From assembly GCA_965227515.1 (NCBI GenBank), contig CBDDFZ010000002.1:928001-992000 (forward strand): a stretch of DNA of 64,000 bases, read 5' to 3'. The notes beneath the pieces were generated by a model. It was not told where the DNA came from. It saw only the letters and a list, made by a program, of their open reading frames with translations, and ran no database searches. Source of the DNA: Alphaproteobacteria bacterium. Lineage in GTDB: Bacteria; Pseudomonadota; Alphaproteobacteria; CALKHQ01. The first letter of the stretch is position 1; each line of letters starts with the position of its first letter. Positions 28,651-38,579 of the stretch are shown here, piece after piece. The translations under genes were made by a program, and so were the position numbers.

Positions 28651-29841
28651 GTGAGCGAACTCGACGCAGCATGCGGCGCGGTGTTGCGGAAGGCGACGAC
28701 CGGCGACCGGCGGGTGCCGGGCGTCGTGGCGGCGGCGACCGACCGCGACCGCGACATCTATACCGGCGTGATGGGCGAACACCGCCTCGGCGGACCGGCA
28801 ATGACGGAGGACACGGTCTTTGCCCTGTTCTCCGCCACCAAGGCGGTTGGCGGCACCGCCGTGCTGCAATGCGTCGAGGAGGGCCTGCTCGACCTGGACG
28901 CGCCGGCCAAGACCTACGCGCCGGAGATCGGCGACCTTCAGGTGCTGACCGGCTTCGGCGCGGACGGCGCGCCGCAGACCAGGCCGCCGAAGACCGACAT
29001 CACCACCCGCCAGCTCATGCTGCACACCGCCGGCTTCGCCTATGATTCGTTCAACCGGACGTACCGCCGGCTGGCCGAGGACCATGGGCAGCCGAGCGTG
29101 ATCACCGGCACCAAGGCCGCGCTGACCGTACCGCTGCTGTTCGACCCCGACGAGCGCTGGGAATACGGCTGCAACATCGACTGGGCCTGTCAGGTGGTGG
29201 AGCGCATTCGCGGCCAACGCCTGGGTACGGTGCTGCGCGAGCGGCTGTTCGAGCCGCTGGGCATGTACAACACCGTCTTCAACCGGTCGCCGGAGATGAA
29301 GGCACGCACCGCCACCACCCATCTGCGCGGGCCGGACGGGACGCTGACACCGGACGACGACTTCGGCCCGGTCGACGACCCCGAGATCGACATGGCCGGT
29401 CACGGGCTGTTCGGCACCGTGGCCGACTACACCCGGTTCATCCGCATGTGGCTGAACGACGGCGCCGGCCCCAACGGGCGGGTGCTGAGGCCCGAGACGG
29501 TGGCGTTCGCGGTGACCAACGGCCTGCGCCCGCCGCAGCAGGTGAAGGCGCTGGACAATGCCCTGCCGGACCTGACCAACGTGGCGGAGTTCTTCCCCGG
29601 CCTGCCGAAGTCGTGGGGCTACACCTTCATGATCAACGACGCGCCGGCGCCGACCGGCCGGGCCGCCGGCAGCGTCGGCTGGGCTGGGCTGCTGAACTGC
29701 TATTTCTGGATCGACCGGCAGAACGGCGTCGGCGGCTTTTGGGCCACCCAGATCCTGCCGTTCTTCGACGACGTGTCGCTGCCGGCCTATCTGGACTTCG
29801 AGACCGCGGTCTATCAGGCGCTGCGGATCACCGGCTCATGA
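28651..29841 (+). CDS. beta-lactamase-fold serine hydrolase/esterase
   Basis: SATK (SxxK), LMLHTAG, PLLFDP..RWEYG, WAGLLN. Confidence 0.9.
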   Translation: MSELDAACGAVLRKATTGDRRVPGVVAAATDRDRDIYTGVMGEHRLGGPAMTEDTVFALFSATKAVGGTAVLQCVEEGLLDLDAPAKTYAPEIGDLQVLTGFGADGAPQTRPPKTDITTRQLMLHTAGFAYDSFNRTYRRLAEDHGQPSVITGTKAALTVPLLFDPDERWEYGCNIDWACQVVERIRGQRLGTVLRERLFEPLGMYNTVFNRSPEMKARTATTHLRGPDGTLTPDDDFGPVDDPEIDMAGHGLFGTVADYTRFIRMWLNDGAGPNGRVLRPETVAFAVTNGLRPPQQVKALDNALPDLTNVAEFFPGLPKSWGYTFMINDAPAPTGRAAGSVGWAGLLNCYFWIDRQNGVGGFWATQILPFFDDVSLPAYLDFETAVYQALRITGS

Positions 29842-30281
29842 CGCACCGGGAAGTTGACCGACGCGGCGATGAAGCAGGCCTCGCTGGCCTTCGCGTGCAG
29901 GGCTTCCGCCTTGGCGGCGTCCGAGGCTGCCGTGATGGTGACCTCGGGCCGTAGCACGACCTCGGTAAAGCGGCCGCCGAACCCCTTCTGGGTCATCGTG
30001 CCGGCGGCGCGGTCGGCATAGGCCGTCACCTCCACGCCCTCCAGCGCGGCATAGGCCAGGTAGCTCAGCATGTGGCAGCTCGCCAGCGACACCAGCAGGC
30101 ATTCCTCCGGATTCAGCACCGCCGGATCGCCCTTGAACGATGGGTCGGCCGACATCGAGAACCCCGGCTTGCCGGCGATCTCCACCGCGTGGGTGCGCGA
30201 GTACGACTTGTAGTCGCGGGTGCCGCCGTCGGCGCCGCCGCTCCAGGTGAGGACGGCCTCATAGTGATGCTGCTTTTCCAT
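29814..30281 (-). CDS. OsmC/Ohr family protein
   Basis: NPEE.LL.SLASCHMLSYL, CFIAASV. Confidence 0.9.
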   Translation of the reverse strand: MEKQHHYEAVLTWSGGADGGTRDYKSYSRTHAVEIAGKPGFSMSADPSFKGDPAVLNPEECLLVSLASCHMLSYLAYAALEGVEVTAYADRAAGTMTQKGFGGRFTEVVLRPEVTITAASDAAKAEALHAKASEACFIAASVNFPVRHEPVIRSA

Positions 30282-30496
30282 CGGATGGTCCTTCGACAGT
30301 GTCGATTCCGGGGGTAGCACAGGCTTGGGCGGGGCGGTACCGCGATCACCCATTGTCACGCCGCCGGCTGCATTTTGGCCACATTGCCGGCGCGTGCCCG
30401 CCGTGGCATCGGCGCGACATTACCTTCCGGCTGACAACAGGTTGCCCGCTTCGGCTGAATAGTGGCGCACTGGACAGCAAAACGGGAGCGGCGCCT

Positions 30497-30964
30497 ATGT
30501 TGAAGTCCATTTCAAATATGCAGAAGACGTGTGTCCTGGTGTTGGCGGTGGCTGGCACGACGGCGGGGTGCGTGGCACCTCCGGCGGGCTCGGGCGAGTT
30601 CGCGGGCTTTCGCGATTCGTTTGGCGGCGGCCTGGGCGGTAACGAGTTGTACAGCTACATGGCCAATGGCTCGGTCTTCATCGACTGGTCGGACGGCTAT
30701 GCCGAGTGCGGCTATTTCGGCGGCGACGGCTGGTACGAGTACGACACCTTCCACGACAATTATGGATACTACTATTACGACAATTCCTACGGCGAGCCCT
30801 GGTCGGTCAACGGCAACCAGGTCTGTTTTTCCGACGACTGCTTCAACGCGTCGTGGCGTGGCAACGGCATTCACCTGACCAGCACATCGCAGGGCTACAC
30901 CGGGTATGCCGAGGTCTATGACGGGTCCGGGTACTACTACTACGACAGCTGCGGCATCGGCTGA
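30497..30964 (+). CDS. Tyr/Gly-rich lipoprotein, paralogue 1
   Basis: Lipobox TAGC; GSVFIDWSDGYAECGYFG.DGWYEYD. Confidence 0.75.
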   Translation: MLKSISNMQKTCVLVLAVAGTTAGCVAPPAGSGEFAGFRDSFGGGLGGNELYSYMANGSVFIDWSDGYAECGYFGGDGWYEYDTFHDNYGYYYYDNSYGEPWSVNGNQVCFSDDCFNASWRGNGIHLTSTSQGYTGYAEVYDGSGYYYYDSCGIG

Positions 30965-31190
30965 CACCACGGCACTACCCTTCGCCGCGCGCGCATTGCG
31001 TGCGGCGATCCTCACCGTCGATCCGATGGCCGGACGGCGCGCCTGATGTGGCGCGAGGGGGCCGGCGTCGGATCGACGGACCAACTGTGCCAAACTGAAC
31101 CATGGTCCGCGCGGCGGTCGATTCGCGTGGGCGACGTCGCGCGCGCGATTTGCGGGTGGCGCGACTGTCATGGAAATGAGAGGGCCCCCG

Positions 31191-31655
31191 ATGAAAGCAA
31201 GGGTAAGCGTGCTCGCCATCGCATTGGCCGGCGTTGCGGCCGGTTGCGTGCCGGCAGGCGGTAGCGGCGGTGGTGGCGGTTTCGGTGGGGGTGGCGGTTT
31301 CGCCGGCAACCCGGACCAGATCGTCGGCCAGGAACTCGACCGGCTGCTCGCCGATGGCAGCGTCTTCATCGACTGGAACGACGGTTATGCCGAGTGCGGC
31401 TTCTTCGGGCGCGACGGCTGGTACGAGTACGACGCCTACTACCGCGAGCGCGGGGTCTACTACTACGACTATTCCGACGGCGAGAACTGGTATGTCCAGG
31501 GCGATCGGGTGTGCATCGGCTCCGATTGCTTCTATGCGGAATGGAGCAACGACTCGACGGTCTATTTCTCCAGCGTCAGCGGCGGATTTGCCGGATATGC
31601 GGAGATCATCGACGGACCCGGTTACTTCTACCAGGACGCTTGCGGCTTCGAGTGA
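31191..31655 (+). CDS. Tyr/Gly-rich lipoprotein, paralogue 2
   Basis: Lipobox AAGC; GSVFIDWNDGYAECGFFG.DGWYEYD. Confidence 0.75.
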   Translation: MKARVSVLAIALAGVAAGCVPAGGSGGGGGFGGGGGFAGNPDQIVGQELDRLLADGSVFIDWNDGYAECGFFGRDGWYEYDAYYRERGVYYYDYSDGENWYVQGDRVCIGSDCFYAEWSNDSTVYFSSVSGGFAGYAEIIDGPGYFYQDACGFE

Positions 31656-31726
31656 CGCCTGATATCGGCGGTGCCGGCCGGCAACGATCCGGGCCATAGA
31701 TCAATCGTGAGCCGAGCCTTCCAATC

Positions 31727-32710
31727 ATGACCATCCTTGTTACCGGCAGTGCCGGCCATCTGGGCGAGGCCTGCATGCGCGTGCTGCGCGACCGTGGCGA
31801 GGCGGTGGCGGGCCTGGACCTGCGCGCGTCCGCCTACACCGATCATGTCGGCGACATCGCCGACCCGGCCGTCGTCGCCCGCGCCATGCAAGGCGTCGAC
31901 GCGGTCATCCACACCGCCACCCTGCACAAGCCGCAGGTGGCGAGTCAGCCGCGCCAGGCGTTCGTCGATACGAACATCACCGGCACGCTCAACCTGTTGG
32001 AGGCGGCGGCCGCCAACACCGTGCGCGCGTTCGTGTTCACCAGCACGACGTCGACGTTCGGCGATGCGCTGGTGCCGCCGCCCGGCGCGCCGGCCGCCTG
32101 GATCACCGAGGAGGTGACCCCGGTGGCGAAGAACATCTATGGCGCCACCAAGACCGCGGCGGAAGATCTGTGCCGCCTGTTCCATCGCAACCAGGGCCTC
32201 GCCTGCCTGGTGCTGCGCACCTCGCGCTTCTTCCCGGAGCCCGACGATACCGCGGCCGTGCGCGACGCGTTCGACGACACCAACGTGAAAGCGAACGAGT
32301 TCCTGTATCGCCGGGTCGATGTCGCCGACATCGTGGATGCGCATCTGCTGGCGCTGGCGCGCGCGCCGGATATCGGCTTCGGGCGCTACATCATCAGCGC
32401 GACCACGCCGTTCACGCCGGACGACCTGGCGGGCCTGCGTAGCGACGCGCCTGCCGTGGTGGCGCGGCATGTGCCTGAATATCAGGCAGCCTATCAGCGG
32501 CTGGGCTGGCGCATGTTCCCCAGCGTCGACCGGGTCTACGTCAACGCCCGCGCGCGGCAGGACCTCGGCTGGCAGCCGACATACGACTTTCGCGCCGTTG
32601 TCCGGCAGGCGGCGGCGGGCGGCCCCATCGGCAGCGACCTCGCCCGCGCCATCGGCATCAAGGGCTATCCGGGCAGCACCTACGGCGAGGGCCTGTTCCC
32701 GGAAGCCTAG
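31727..32710 (+). CDS. NAD-dependent epimerase/dehydratase (extended SDR)
   Basis: VTGSAGHLG, YGATK. Confidence 0.9.
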   Translation: MTILVTGSAGHLGEACMRVLRDRGEAVAGLDLRASAYTDHVGDIADPAVVARAMQGVDAVIHTATLHKPQVASQPRQAFVDTNITGTLNLLEAAAANTVRAFVFTSTTSTFGDALVPPPGAPAAWITEEVTPVAKNIYGATKTAAEDLCRLFHRNQGLACLVLRTSRFFPEPDDTAAVRDAFDDTNVKANEFLYRRVDVADIVDAHLLALARAPDIGFGRYIISATTPFTPDDLAGLRSDAPAVVARHVPEYQAAYQRLGWRMFPSVDRVYVNARARQDLGWQPTYDFRAVVRQAAAGGPIGSDLARAIGIKGYPGSTYGEGLFPEA

Positions 32711-32791
32711 GGCGCGCGCCGTTTGGGCACGCAGGTTGCATGTTCGGTTTCGATCGGGTCTGCTGGGGCAATCTGGAAACGGGAGGGTGCG

Positions 32792-33175
32792 ATGAGCCGA
32801 AGCCTGAAGTGGTCGGTCATGCTGCTCACGTTCGCGCTGCCGGCACCTGCGCAGGCGAGTGCGCTGGATGACTGCCTGCAAATCCAGGATGCCGAACGTC
32901 GTATCGCCGGCTGCTCCGCGCTGATCGAGGGCGGCCGCTGGACGGATATGTCGCCCGCCGATGCCTATCGCAACCGGGCAGAGGCGTTGCGCAATCTGGG
33001 CGACCTTGACCGCGCGATCCTGGACTTCGAGCGTGCCGAACGCCTGGATCCGTCGATGGCCCGCCTCTACGACCGGCTGGGCGCAATGGCGGCCCTGTCG
33101 GACCGGCTGACCGGCGACCCCTCGGCACAGATGTGCACCTGCGAGGACCCGCCCGCCGCACCGCCGGTGTTCTGA
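32792..33175 (+). CDS. secreted TPR protein
   Basis: GGAGG RBS, signal peptide, IAGCSALI, AYRNRA...GDLDRAILDFERA. Confidence 0.75.
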   Translation: MSRSLKWSVMLLTFALPAPAQASALDDCLQIQDAERRIAGCSALIEGGRWTDMSPADAYRNRAEALRNLGDLDRAILDFERAERLDPSMARLYDRLGAMAALSDRLTGDPSAQMCTCEDPPAAPPVF

Positions 33176-33176
33176 C

Positions 33177-34391
33177 TCACACCTGCTCCAGTGCCTGGTC
33201 CAGGTCGTAGAGCAGGTCGTCAACATCCTCCAGCCCTACGGAAATGCGTAGCAGGTCGTCGCCGATGCCGCCGCGCGCCCGTTCCTCGGCCGAGTACGAC
33301 GCATGTGTCATGCTCGCCGGGTGCTGGATCAGCGTCTCCGGGTCGCCCAGGCTGACCGCGCAGCCGATCAACTCCAGCGCATCGATGAAGGCGAGGCCGG
33401 CCGCCTTGCCGCCGGTGAGCGTGATCGAGACGATGCCGCCGCCACCGGACATCTGTTTCTCGGCCAGTTCGCGTTCGGGGAAGCTCTCCAGCAGCGGGTA
33501 GGCGACCGTCGCGACCTTCGGGTGTGCTTCCAGGAAGCGCGCCACCTCCAGCGCCGAGGCGGCGTGCTGGCGCATCCGCAGGTCCAGCGTCTTCAGGCCG
33601 CGCTGCACCAGAAACGCGGTGTGCGGTGCGATGGTGGCACCGGTCGCCCAGCGCAGGCCAAAGCCGCGGATCGCGTTCACGTGTTCCGTCGACCCGACGA
33701 CGATGCCGGCCAGCAGGTCGCCATGCCCGCCGAGGTATTTGGTCGCCGAGTGCACCACGATGTCGGCGCCATGGGCGAGCGGCTGCTGCAGGGCAGGGGA
33801 GGCGAAGGTGTTGTCGACCACCAGCAGCGCGCCCGCGCCATGCGCAATGCCGGACATGGCAGCCAGGTCGATGATGCGCAGATTGGGGTTGGACGGCGTC
33901 TCGCAATAGAGCAGGCGCGCGCCGCCTGCTGCGACAGCCTGCTCCACTGCCGCCACATCGGTCATGTCCACCCAGGCGACCTCGACCCCGAACTTGGCAA
34001 GCCCGTGGTTGAAGTAGGCGAAGCTGGAGCCGTAGATCGCGTGGTCGACCACGATGCGGTCGCCCGCCTTCAGCAGCGTCCACATGGTGGCGGAGATCGC
34101 GCCGATGCCGGACGCCGTGGCCAGCCCGGCCTCCGCGCCCTCCAGGCTCGCCATGCGTTCTTCCAGAATGGCCTGGGTCGGGTTCTTGGCGCGGCCATAA
34201 ATGTAGCCGGCGCGCTTGCCGGCAAACAGTTCGCCGCCGGCGGCCGCGTCCTCGAACAGGAAGGTCGACGTCATGTAGACCGGCGGGCTGAGCGCACCGT
34301 GCGCCTGGTGCGGGTCGTAGCCCAGATGGATGGCGCGAGTGGCGGGACCCATGTCCTGGAGCGTGCGGCTGTTCTTGCGATCGTGTGCCAT
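33177..34391 (-). CDS. megL: methionine gamma-lyase / trans-sulfuration PLP enzyme
   Basis: PPVYMTSTF, YIYGR..NPT, ETPSNP, DNTF, HSATKYLGGHGD, AVSLGD.ETLIQHPASMTH. Confidence 0.8.
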   Translation of the reverse strand: MAHDRKNSRTLQDMGPATRAIHLGYDPHQAHGALSPPVYMTSTFLFEDAAAGGELFAGKRAGYIYGRAKNPTQAILEERMASLEGAEAGLATASGIGAISATMWTLLKAGDRIVVDHAIYGSSFAYFNHGLAKFGVEVAWVDMTDVAAVEQAVAAGGARLLYCETPSNPNLRIIDLAAMSGIAHGAGALLVVDNTFASPALQQPLAHGADIVVHSATKYLGGHGDLLAGIVVGSTEHVNAIRGFGLRWATGATIAPHTAFLVQRGLKTLDLRMRQHAASALEVARFLEAHPKVATVAYPLLESFPERELAEKQMSGGGGIVSITLTGGKAAGLAFIDALELIGCAVSLGDPETLIQHPASMTHASYSAEERARGGIGDDLLRISVGLEDVDDLLYDLDQALEQV

Positions 34392-34590
34392 GGCCTGTCG
34401 AGTGCGGTTGCGCAAAGGGCGGCACAATGGCCCGGATCGCCGCCAATTCAAAGCGTGTGGTCAGGGCGCCGGATCAAAGCCGGGATCAAGGCCCAGATCA
34501 AAGCATTGTGCGCGCCCCGTGCGCGCCGCCGGCTACCGCGTGCTGGGGCGATGGGATACGCTGCCCCAGTCTGCCGAGTGGATACCGCCC

Positions 34591-35082
34591 ATGCCCGCCA
34601 AATACACCTCCAGCCACCACGACTATGGGCACGGCTTCAAGCTGTTCTGCCTGGCGTTCCTGCGGGTCGCCACCGGCTTCCTGCTGGTCTGGATCGGGCT
34701 GAACCGTATCGTGACCGGCAGCGTGCCGGGGCTGGTGCGCGCCAATGTGGACCTGGAGGGTGCCTCGGCCGACTGGCTCGGCATCGCCATCGGCGCCGGA
34801 CAGCTATTGGTCGGGCTGTGCTGCGCGGTCGGCCTGTTGCGGGTGATCGTGCTGCCGATCCAGGCCCTGATGCACGGCTATACCGTGCTGCACGTGTGGT
34901 GGGCGGTGCTGGACCCCTATCGCTGGTACATCGAGGACGTGGACCGGATCGTGTTCAATTCCCACGTCTTCTATCCGGTCATCATCACGTTCGCGGCGTG
35001 CGTGCTGCTATTCGCATTCCGGCGCGAGGACCGCTGGGCGCTCGACACGCTGATTTTCCGCAAGCGGGCGGTCACCACCTGA
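34591..35082 (+). CDS. DoxX-like membrane protein
   Basis: FLRVATGFLL, four TM segments, RWALD C-terminal motif. Confidence 0.6.
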   Translation: MPAKYTSSHHDYGHGFKLFCLAFLRVATGFLLVWIGLNRIVTGSVPGLVRANVDLEGASADWLGIAIGAGQLLVGLCCAVGLLRVIVLPIQALMHGYTVLHVWWAVLDPYRWYIEDVDRIVFNSHVFYPVIITFAACVLLFAFRREDRWALDTLIFRKRAVTT

Positions 35083-35204
35083 TCGCCGCCGCACCCAGTC
35101 CGGCAGCACCACGGCTGGCGCGCGAGAGTTAATTTGCTAGTCTGTCCAGGGGCGCAGTGCCGTCCTTCACCTCAGCGCCGACAGATCCAGCGAAAGCCCG
35201 ACCC

Positions 35205-36236
35205 ATGACCGATCCCACGACCATCGATTACGAGATCTTCGAGTGCGGCGACATCCAGTTGCAGCGCGGTGCCACGTTGCGCGAGGCAAAGCTCGCCTAC
35301 CAGACCTATGGCACGCTCAATGCCGCCAAGGACAATGCCATCGTCTACCCCACCTGGTACTCGGGCCAGCACTACGACAACGAATGGCTGATCGGCGAGG
35401 GCAAGGCGCTGGACCCGAACAAGTACTTCATCATCATCCCCGACATGTTCGGCAACGGCCTGTCGTCGTCGCCCTCGAACACGCCGGAGCCCTATAACGC
35501 GGCCCGGTTCCCGAATTTCACCCCGTACGACAATGTGCGCCAGCAGCACCGCCTGGTGACCGAGCATTTCGGTATCGAGCACCTGAGGATGGTGCTGGGC
35601 TGGTCGATGGGCGCGTTGCAGACGTTCCACTGGGCGGCGATGTACCCCGGCATGATGGACACGATCGCGCCGTTCTGCGGCTCGGCCAAGTGCTCGCGGC
35701 ACAACTTCGTCTTCCTGGAGGGCGTGAAGGCCGCGCTGACCGCCGATGCCGCCTGGAACAACGGCTGGTACACCACCAAGCCGGAAAAGGGCTTGCGCGC
35801 GATGGCGCGGGTTTATGCCGGGTGGGGCTTCAGCCAGGCGTTCTATCGCGAGGAGCTGGACCTGAAAGACCTCGGCTACTCGTCCCTGGAAGACTTCCTG
35901 GTCGCGTTCTGGGAGGGCTTCTTCCTGCCCAAGGACGCCAACAACCTGCTGGCCATGCTGTGGACCTGGCAGAACGGCGACATCAGCGACAACGAGCTCT
36001 ACAACGGCGACTACAAGAAGGCGCTTGGCGCCATCACCGCCAAGGCCTATGTGATGCCCGGCTGGACCGACCTCTATTTCCCGCCCGAAGACAGCGAGAA
36101 CGAGGTCGCCAACATGCCGAACGCGGAGCTGGTGCCGTTCAAGTCGATCTGGGGCCACTTCGCCGGCGGACCGGGCGTGAACCCGGCGGACGTGACCTTC
36201 CTCGACGACAAGCTGAAGGAGCTGCTGGCCGGGTAG
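35205..36236 (+). CDS. homoserine O-acetyltransferase-like alpha/beta hydrolase
   Basis: LAYQTYGTLN, GNGLSSSPSN, GWSMGA nucleophile elbow, DLYFP, WGH. Confidence 0.85.
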   Translation: MTDPTTIDYEIFECGDIQLQRGATLREAKLAYQTYGTLNAAKDNAIVYPTWYSGQHYDNEWLIGEGKALDPNKYFIIIPDMFGNGLSSSPSNTPEPYNAARFPNFTPYDNVRQQHRLVTEHFGIEHLRMVLGWSMGALQTFHWAAMYPGMMDTIAPFCGSAKCSRHNFVFLEGVKAALTADAAWNNGWYTTKPEKGLRAMARVYAGWGFSQAFYREELDLKDLGYSSLEDFLVAFWEGFFLPKDANNLLAMLWTWQNGDISDNELYNGDYKKALGAITAKAYVMPGWTDLYFPPEDSENEVANMPNAELVPFKSIWGHFAGGPGVNPADVTFLDDKLKELLAG

Positions 36237-36264
36237 TCGGCGAGCAATGACCCAGGGAGGACCC

Positions 36265-37056
36265 ATGCAACTGACGGACGACCAACTGGCCACCTTCGAC
36301 CGCGAAGGGTGGCTGCTTCTGGACCGTATGTTCGACCCGCAAGAGGTCGGCGTGCTGCGCCGCGAGGCCGAGCGGGTGTTCGCGCTGGATCGCGAAGAGG
36401 TGTTCCGCGAGAAGGACGGCAAGACCGCGCGTACCGCCTTCGCCGCCCACCACTATTCCGAGCCGTTTCGGCGGCTTGGCCTGCACCCGAGGATGGTGGA
36501 GCCGGTGCGCCAGCTCTTGGGCGGCGACGTCTACATCCACCAGTACAAGGTCAACGCCAAGGCGGCGTTCGATGGCGACGTCTGGCAGTGGCACCAGGAC
36601 TATGGCACCTGGGCGCGCGACGACCAGATGCCGGAAGCGCGGGCCATGAACATCGCGCTGTTCCTGGACGAGGTCACTCAGTTCAACGGGCCGCTCTACC
36701 TGATCCCACGCTCCCACAAATCAGGCGTGATCGAGGCTGGCCACGACCTCACCACGACCAGCTATCCGCTGTGGACGCTGGACAATGAAACGGTGGCCAG
36801 GCTGGTGGACGAGGGCGGCATGGTGGCGCCGACCGGCGCACCGGGCTCGGTGCTGATGTTCCACTCGACCCTGGTGCACGGCAGCCCCAGCAATATGTCG
36901 CCGTTCGCACGCACCATCGTCTATGTCAGCCTGTGCCACGTCGAGAACCACATCAGGCAGTTCAAGCGGCCGGAGTGGATCGCGCACCGCGACTTCACGC
37001 CGATCCAGACGCTGGACGACGATTGCCTGCGCGCGCTGGCGGCAGAAGCGGCTTAG
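36265..37056 (+). CDS. PhyH family Fe(II)/2-oxoglutarate dioxygenase (ectoine hydroxylase-like)
   Basis: WQWHQD, NGPL..IP.SH, LVHGS..NMSP..R. Confidence 0.88.
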   Translation: MQLTDDQLATFDREGWLLLDRMFDPQEVGVLRREAERVFALDREEVFREKDGKTARTAFAAHHYSEPFRRLGLHPRMVEPVRQLLGGDVYIHQYKVNAKAAFDGDVWQWHQDYGTWARDDQMPEARAMNIALFLDEVTQFNGPLYLIPRSHKSGVIEAGHDLTTTSYPLWTLDNETVARLVDEGGMVAPTGAPGSVLMFHSTLVHGSPSNMSPFARTIVYVSLCHVENHIRQFKRPEWIAHRDFTPIQTLDDDCLRALAAEAA

Positions 37057-37067
37057 GGTCTGGCGGC

Positions 37068-37595
37068 CTACTCGTCGAACGCCAGGTACTGGCAGGCCTC
37101 GACCGTCACCGGATACAGCAGGAACAGGCGGTCGTCGGGCTCCGCCCTGAGATAGATGGAGTCCTCGAACTCGCCATCGCCCTCATAGCCGCAGCCGCCG
37201 TAGAGCGTGACGCCATGGTTGGTCAGCCGCACGGCGCCATCGTCCCTGAACTCGATGTAGAAGCTGCCGCTGTCGCAGTCGATGCCGCAGCTATACATCT
37301 CGTCGCGCCAGCGGCAGCTCGCGGTGTTGCCGAACCGATGCAGCGTGTCGTCGCGCAGCATTATGCGGAAGGTGGCATAGATCATGTCGTATTGGGTGTC
37401 GTGCTCCAGCGCCAACTGGATCTCGCTGACCGTCTGCTCCGGGTGTTGCTCGAAATAGGCCGCCGTGTAGGCGCGCTGGAAGCAGAGCTCGCCGTTCTCC
37501 GGCAACGGCCCGTCCGCCGCCATGGCTGTCGCTGCAACCCCAAATCCCAGCGTGGAGAGCAGACCCGCCCGTAGGTGACTGGCGCATCGCATCAT
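37068..37595 (-). CDS. secreted Cys-containing hypothetical protein, paralogue A
   Basis: Signal peptide; LCFQRAYT....HPEQ.V, CGIDCDSG.F, EPDDR.F.LY. Confidence 0.75.
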   Translation of the reverse strand: MMRCASHLRAGLLSTLGFGVAATAMAADGPLPENGELCFQRAYTAAYFEQHPEQTVSEIQLALEHDTQYDMIYATFRIMLRDDTLHRFGNTASCRWRDEMYSCGIDCDSGSFYIEFRDDGAVRLTNHGVTLYGGCGYEGDGEFEDSIYLRAEPDDRLFLLYPVTVEACQYLAFDE

Positions 37596-37632
37596 CGCAT
37601 AGCCTCTCTGGTGCATGGCATCCGACCTCGGG

Positions 37633-38166
37633 TTACTCGCCCAGCGTCGGCAGAGGACAGGCCTCCATCGTCATCCCATAGAGGCGGAACTGCCGGTCGT
37701 CCGGTTCGGGGTTCAGGCGATAGGTGCCCAAATCCTCGACATCCCCCTCGCCGTGTCCCACTTCGGCCCCGCAACCGCCGTGCAGAATAAAGCCATGGTT
37801 GGTCAGCAGGGCGGTACCGTCGTCGCTGAGCGCGATATCGAAGCGGCCGCCGTCGCATTCGATGCCGCAGGCATAGTGCCCGTCCTCGAACTGGCAGATG
37901 CCCAGATTGCCGTAGACGTGGGTGTAGTCGCCCTCCAGCATCGCGCGCACCCAGGCATAGGCCACGGGCTGGCCCGCCTGCTGCGACAGCACCACCTGCA
38001 TCTCGCGCACCTGCTGGTCCGGATGCGCGTCCATGTGGGCGCCGGTGTAGGCGCGTTGGAAGCACAGCGCCTCGCCATCGGCCAGCGGTTCCATCGCCTG
38101 CGCCGCCGTCGCCGTGACGGCGCACAGCGCGATGCCGCCAAGCGCTGTCTTGATGTGTCTGACCAT
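37633..38166 (-). CDS. secreted Cys-containing hypothetical protein, paralogue B
   Basis: Signal peptide; LCFQRAYT....HPDQ.V, CGIECDGG.F, EPDDR.F.LY. Confidence 0.75.
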   Translation of the reverse strand: MVRHIKTALGGIALCAVTATAAQAMEPLADGEALCFQRAYTGAHMDAHPDQQVREMQVVLSQQAGQPVAYAWVRAMLEGDYTHVYGNLGICQFEDGHYACGIECDGGRFDIALSDDGTALLTNHGFILHGGCGAEVGHGEGDVEDLGTYRLNPEPDDRQFRLYGMTMEACPLPTLGE

Positions 38167-38195
38167 CCCCAACCCTTCCGGAAAACCACCTACCG

Positions 38196-38486
38196 TCAGT
38201 CGGCAGCTTGGTCCATGAATGTGGCCAAATCGACGTCGAGTTGTGTCAGGCCGCCGGCATCGTGGGTGGACAGTGTGACCTCGACCCGATTGTAGACGTT
38301 GAACCATTCGGGATGGTGGTTCATCTCCTCCGCCTTCTCGGCGACGCGGGTCATGAACGCGAAGGCGCGGTCGAAGTTCTTGAACCGGAACGTGCGCGTG
38401 ATCGCGTCCCGGTCGGCCACCTCTTCCCAGTCGGTCAGGTCGGACAGGGCGTGGGCCCGTGCTTCACCAGTCAATTTCTCGGCCAT
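38196..38486 (-). CDS. phhB: pterin-4-alpha-carbinolamine dehydratase
   Basis: [34 protein letters not shown]. Confidence 0.95.
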   Translation of the reverse strand: MAEKLTGEARAHALSDLTDWEEVADRDAITRTFRFKNFDRAFAFMTRVAEKAEEMNHHPEWFNVYNRVEVTLSTHDAGGLTQLDVDLATFMDQAAD

Positions 38487-38579
38487 GCGGTTTCCCTCAG
38501 TTGCGGCTTTGGCACGATGATGATGTCAGGGGACGCAGCACCCGTCACCGGTCACGTTCGGGCGGACAAGTTCGGGCGG

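Noticed and set aside
27157-29403. 748-aa minus-strand ORF as an MsrQ fusion
   Set aside because: The upstream part is antisense to the genuine GFA and serine hydrolase genes; only about 27157-28077 looks coding.
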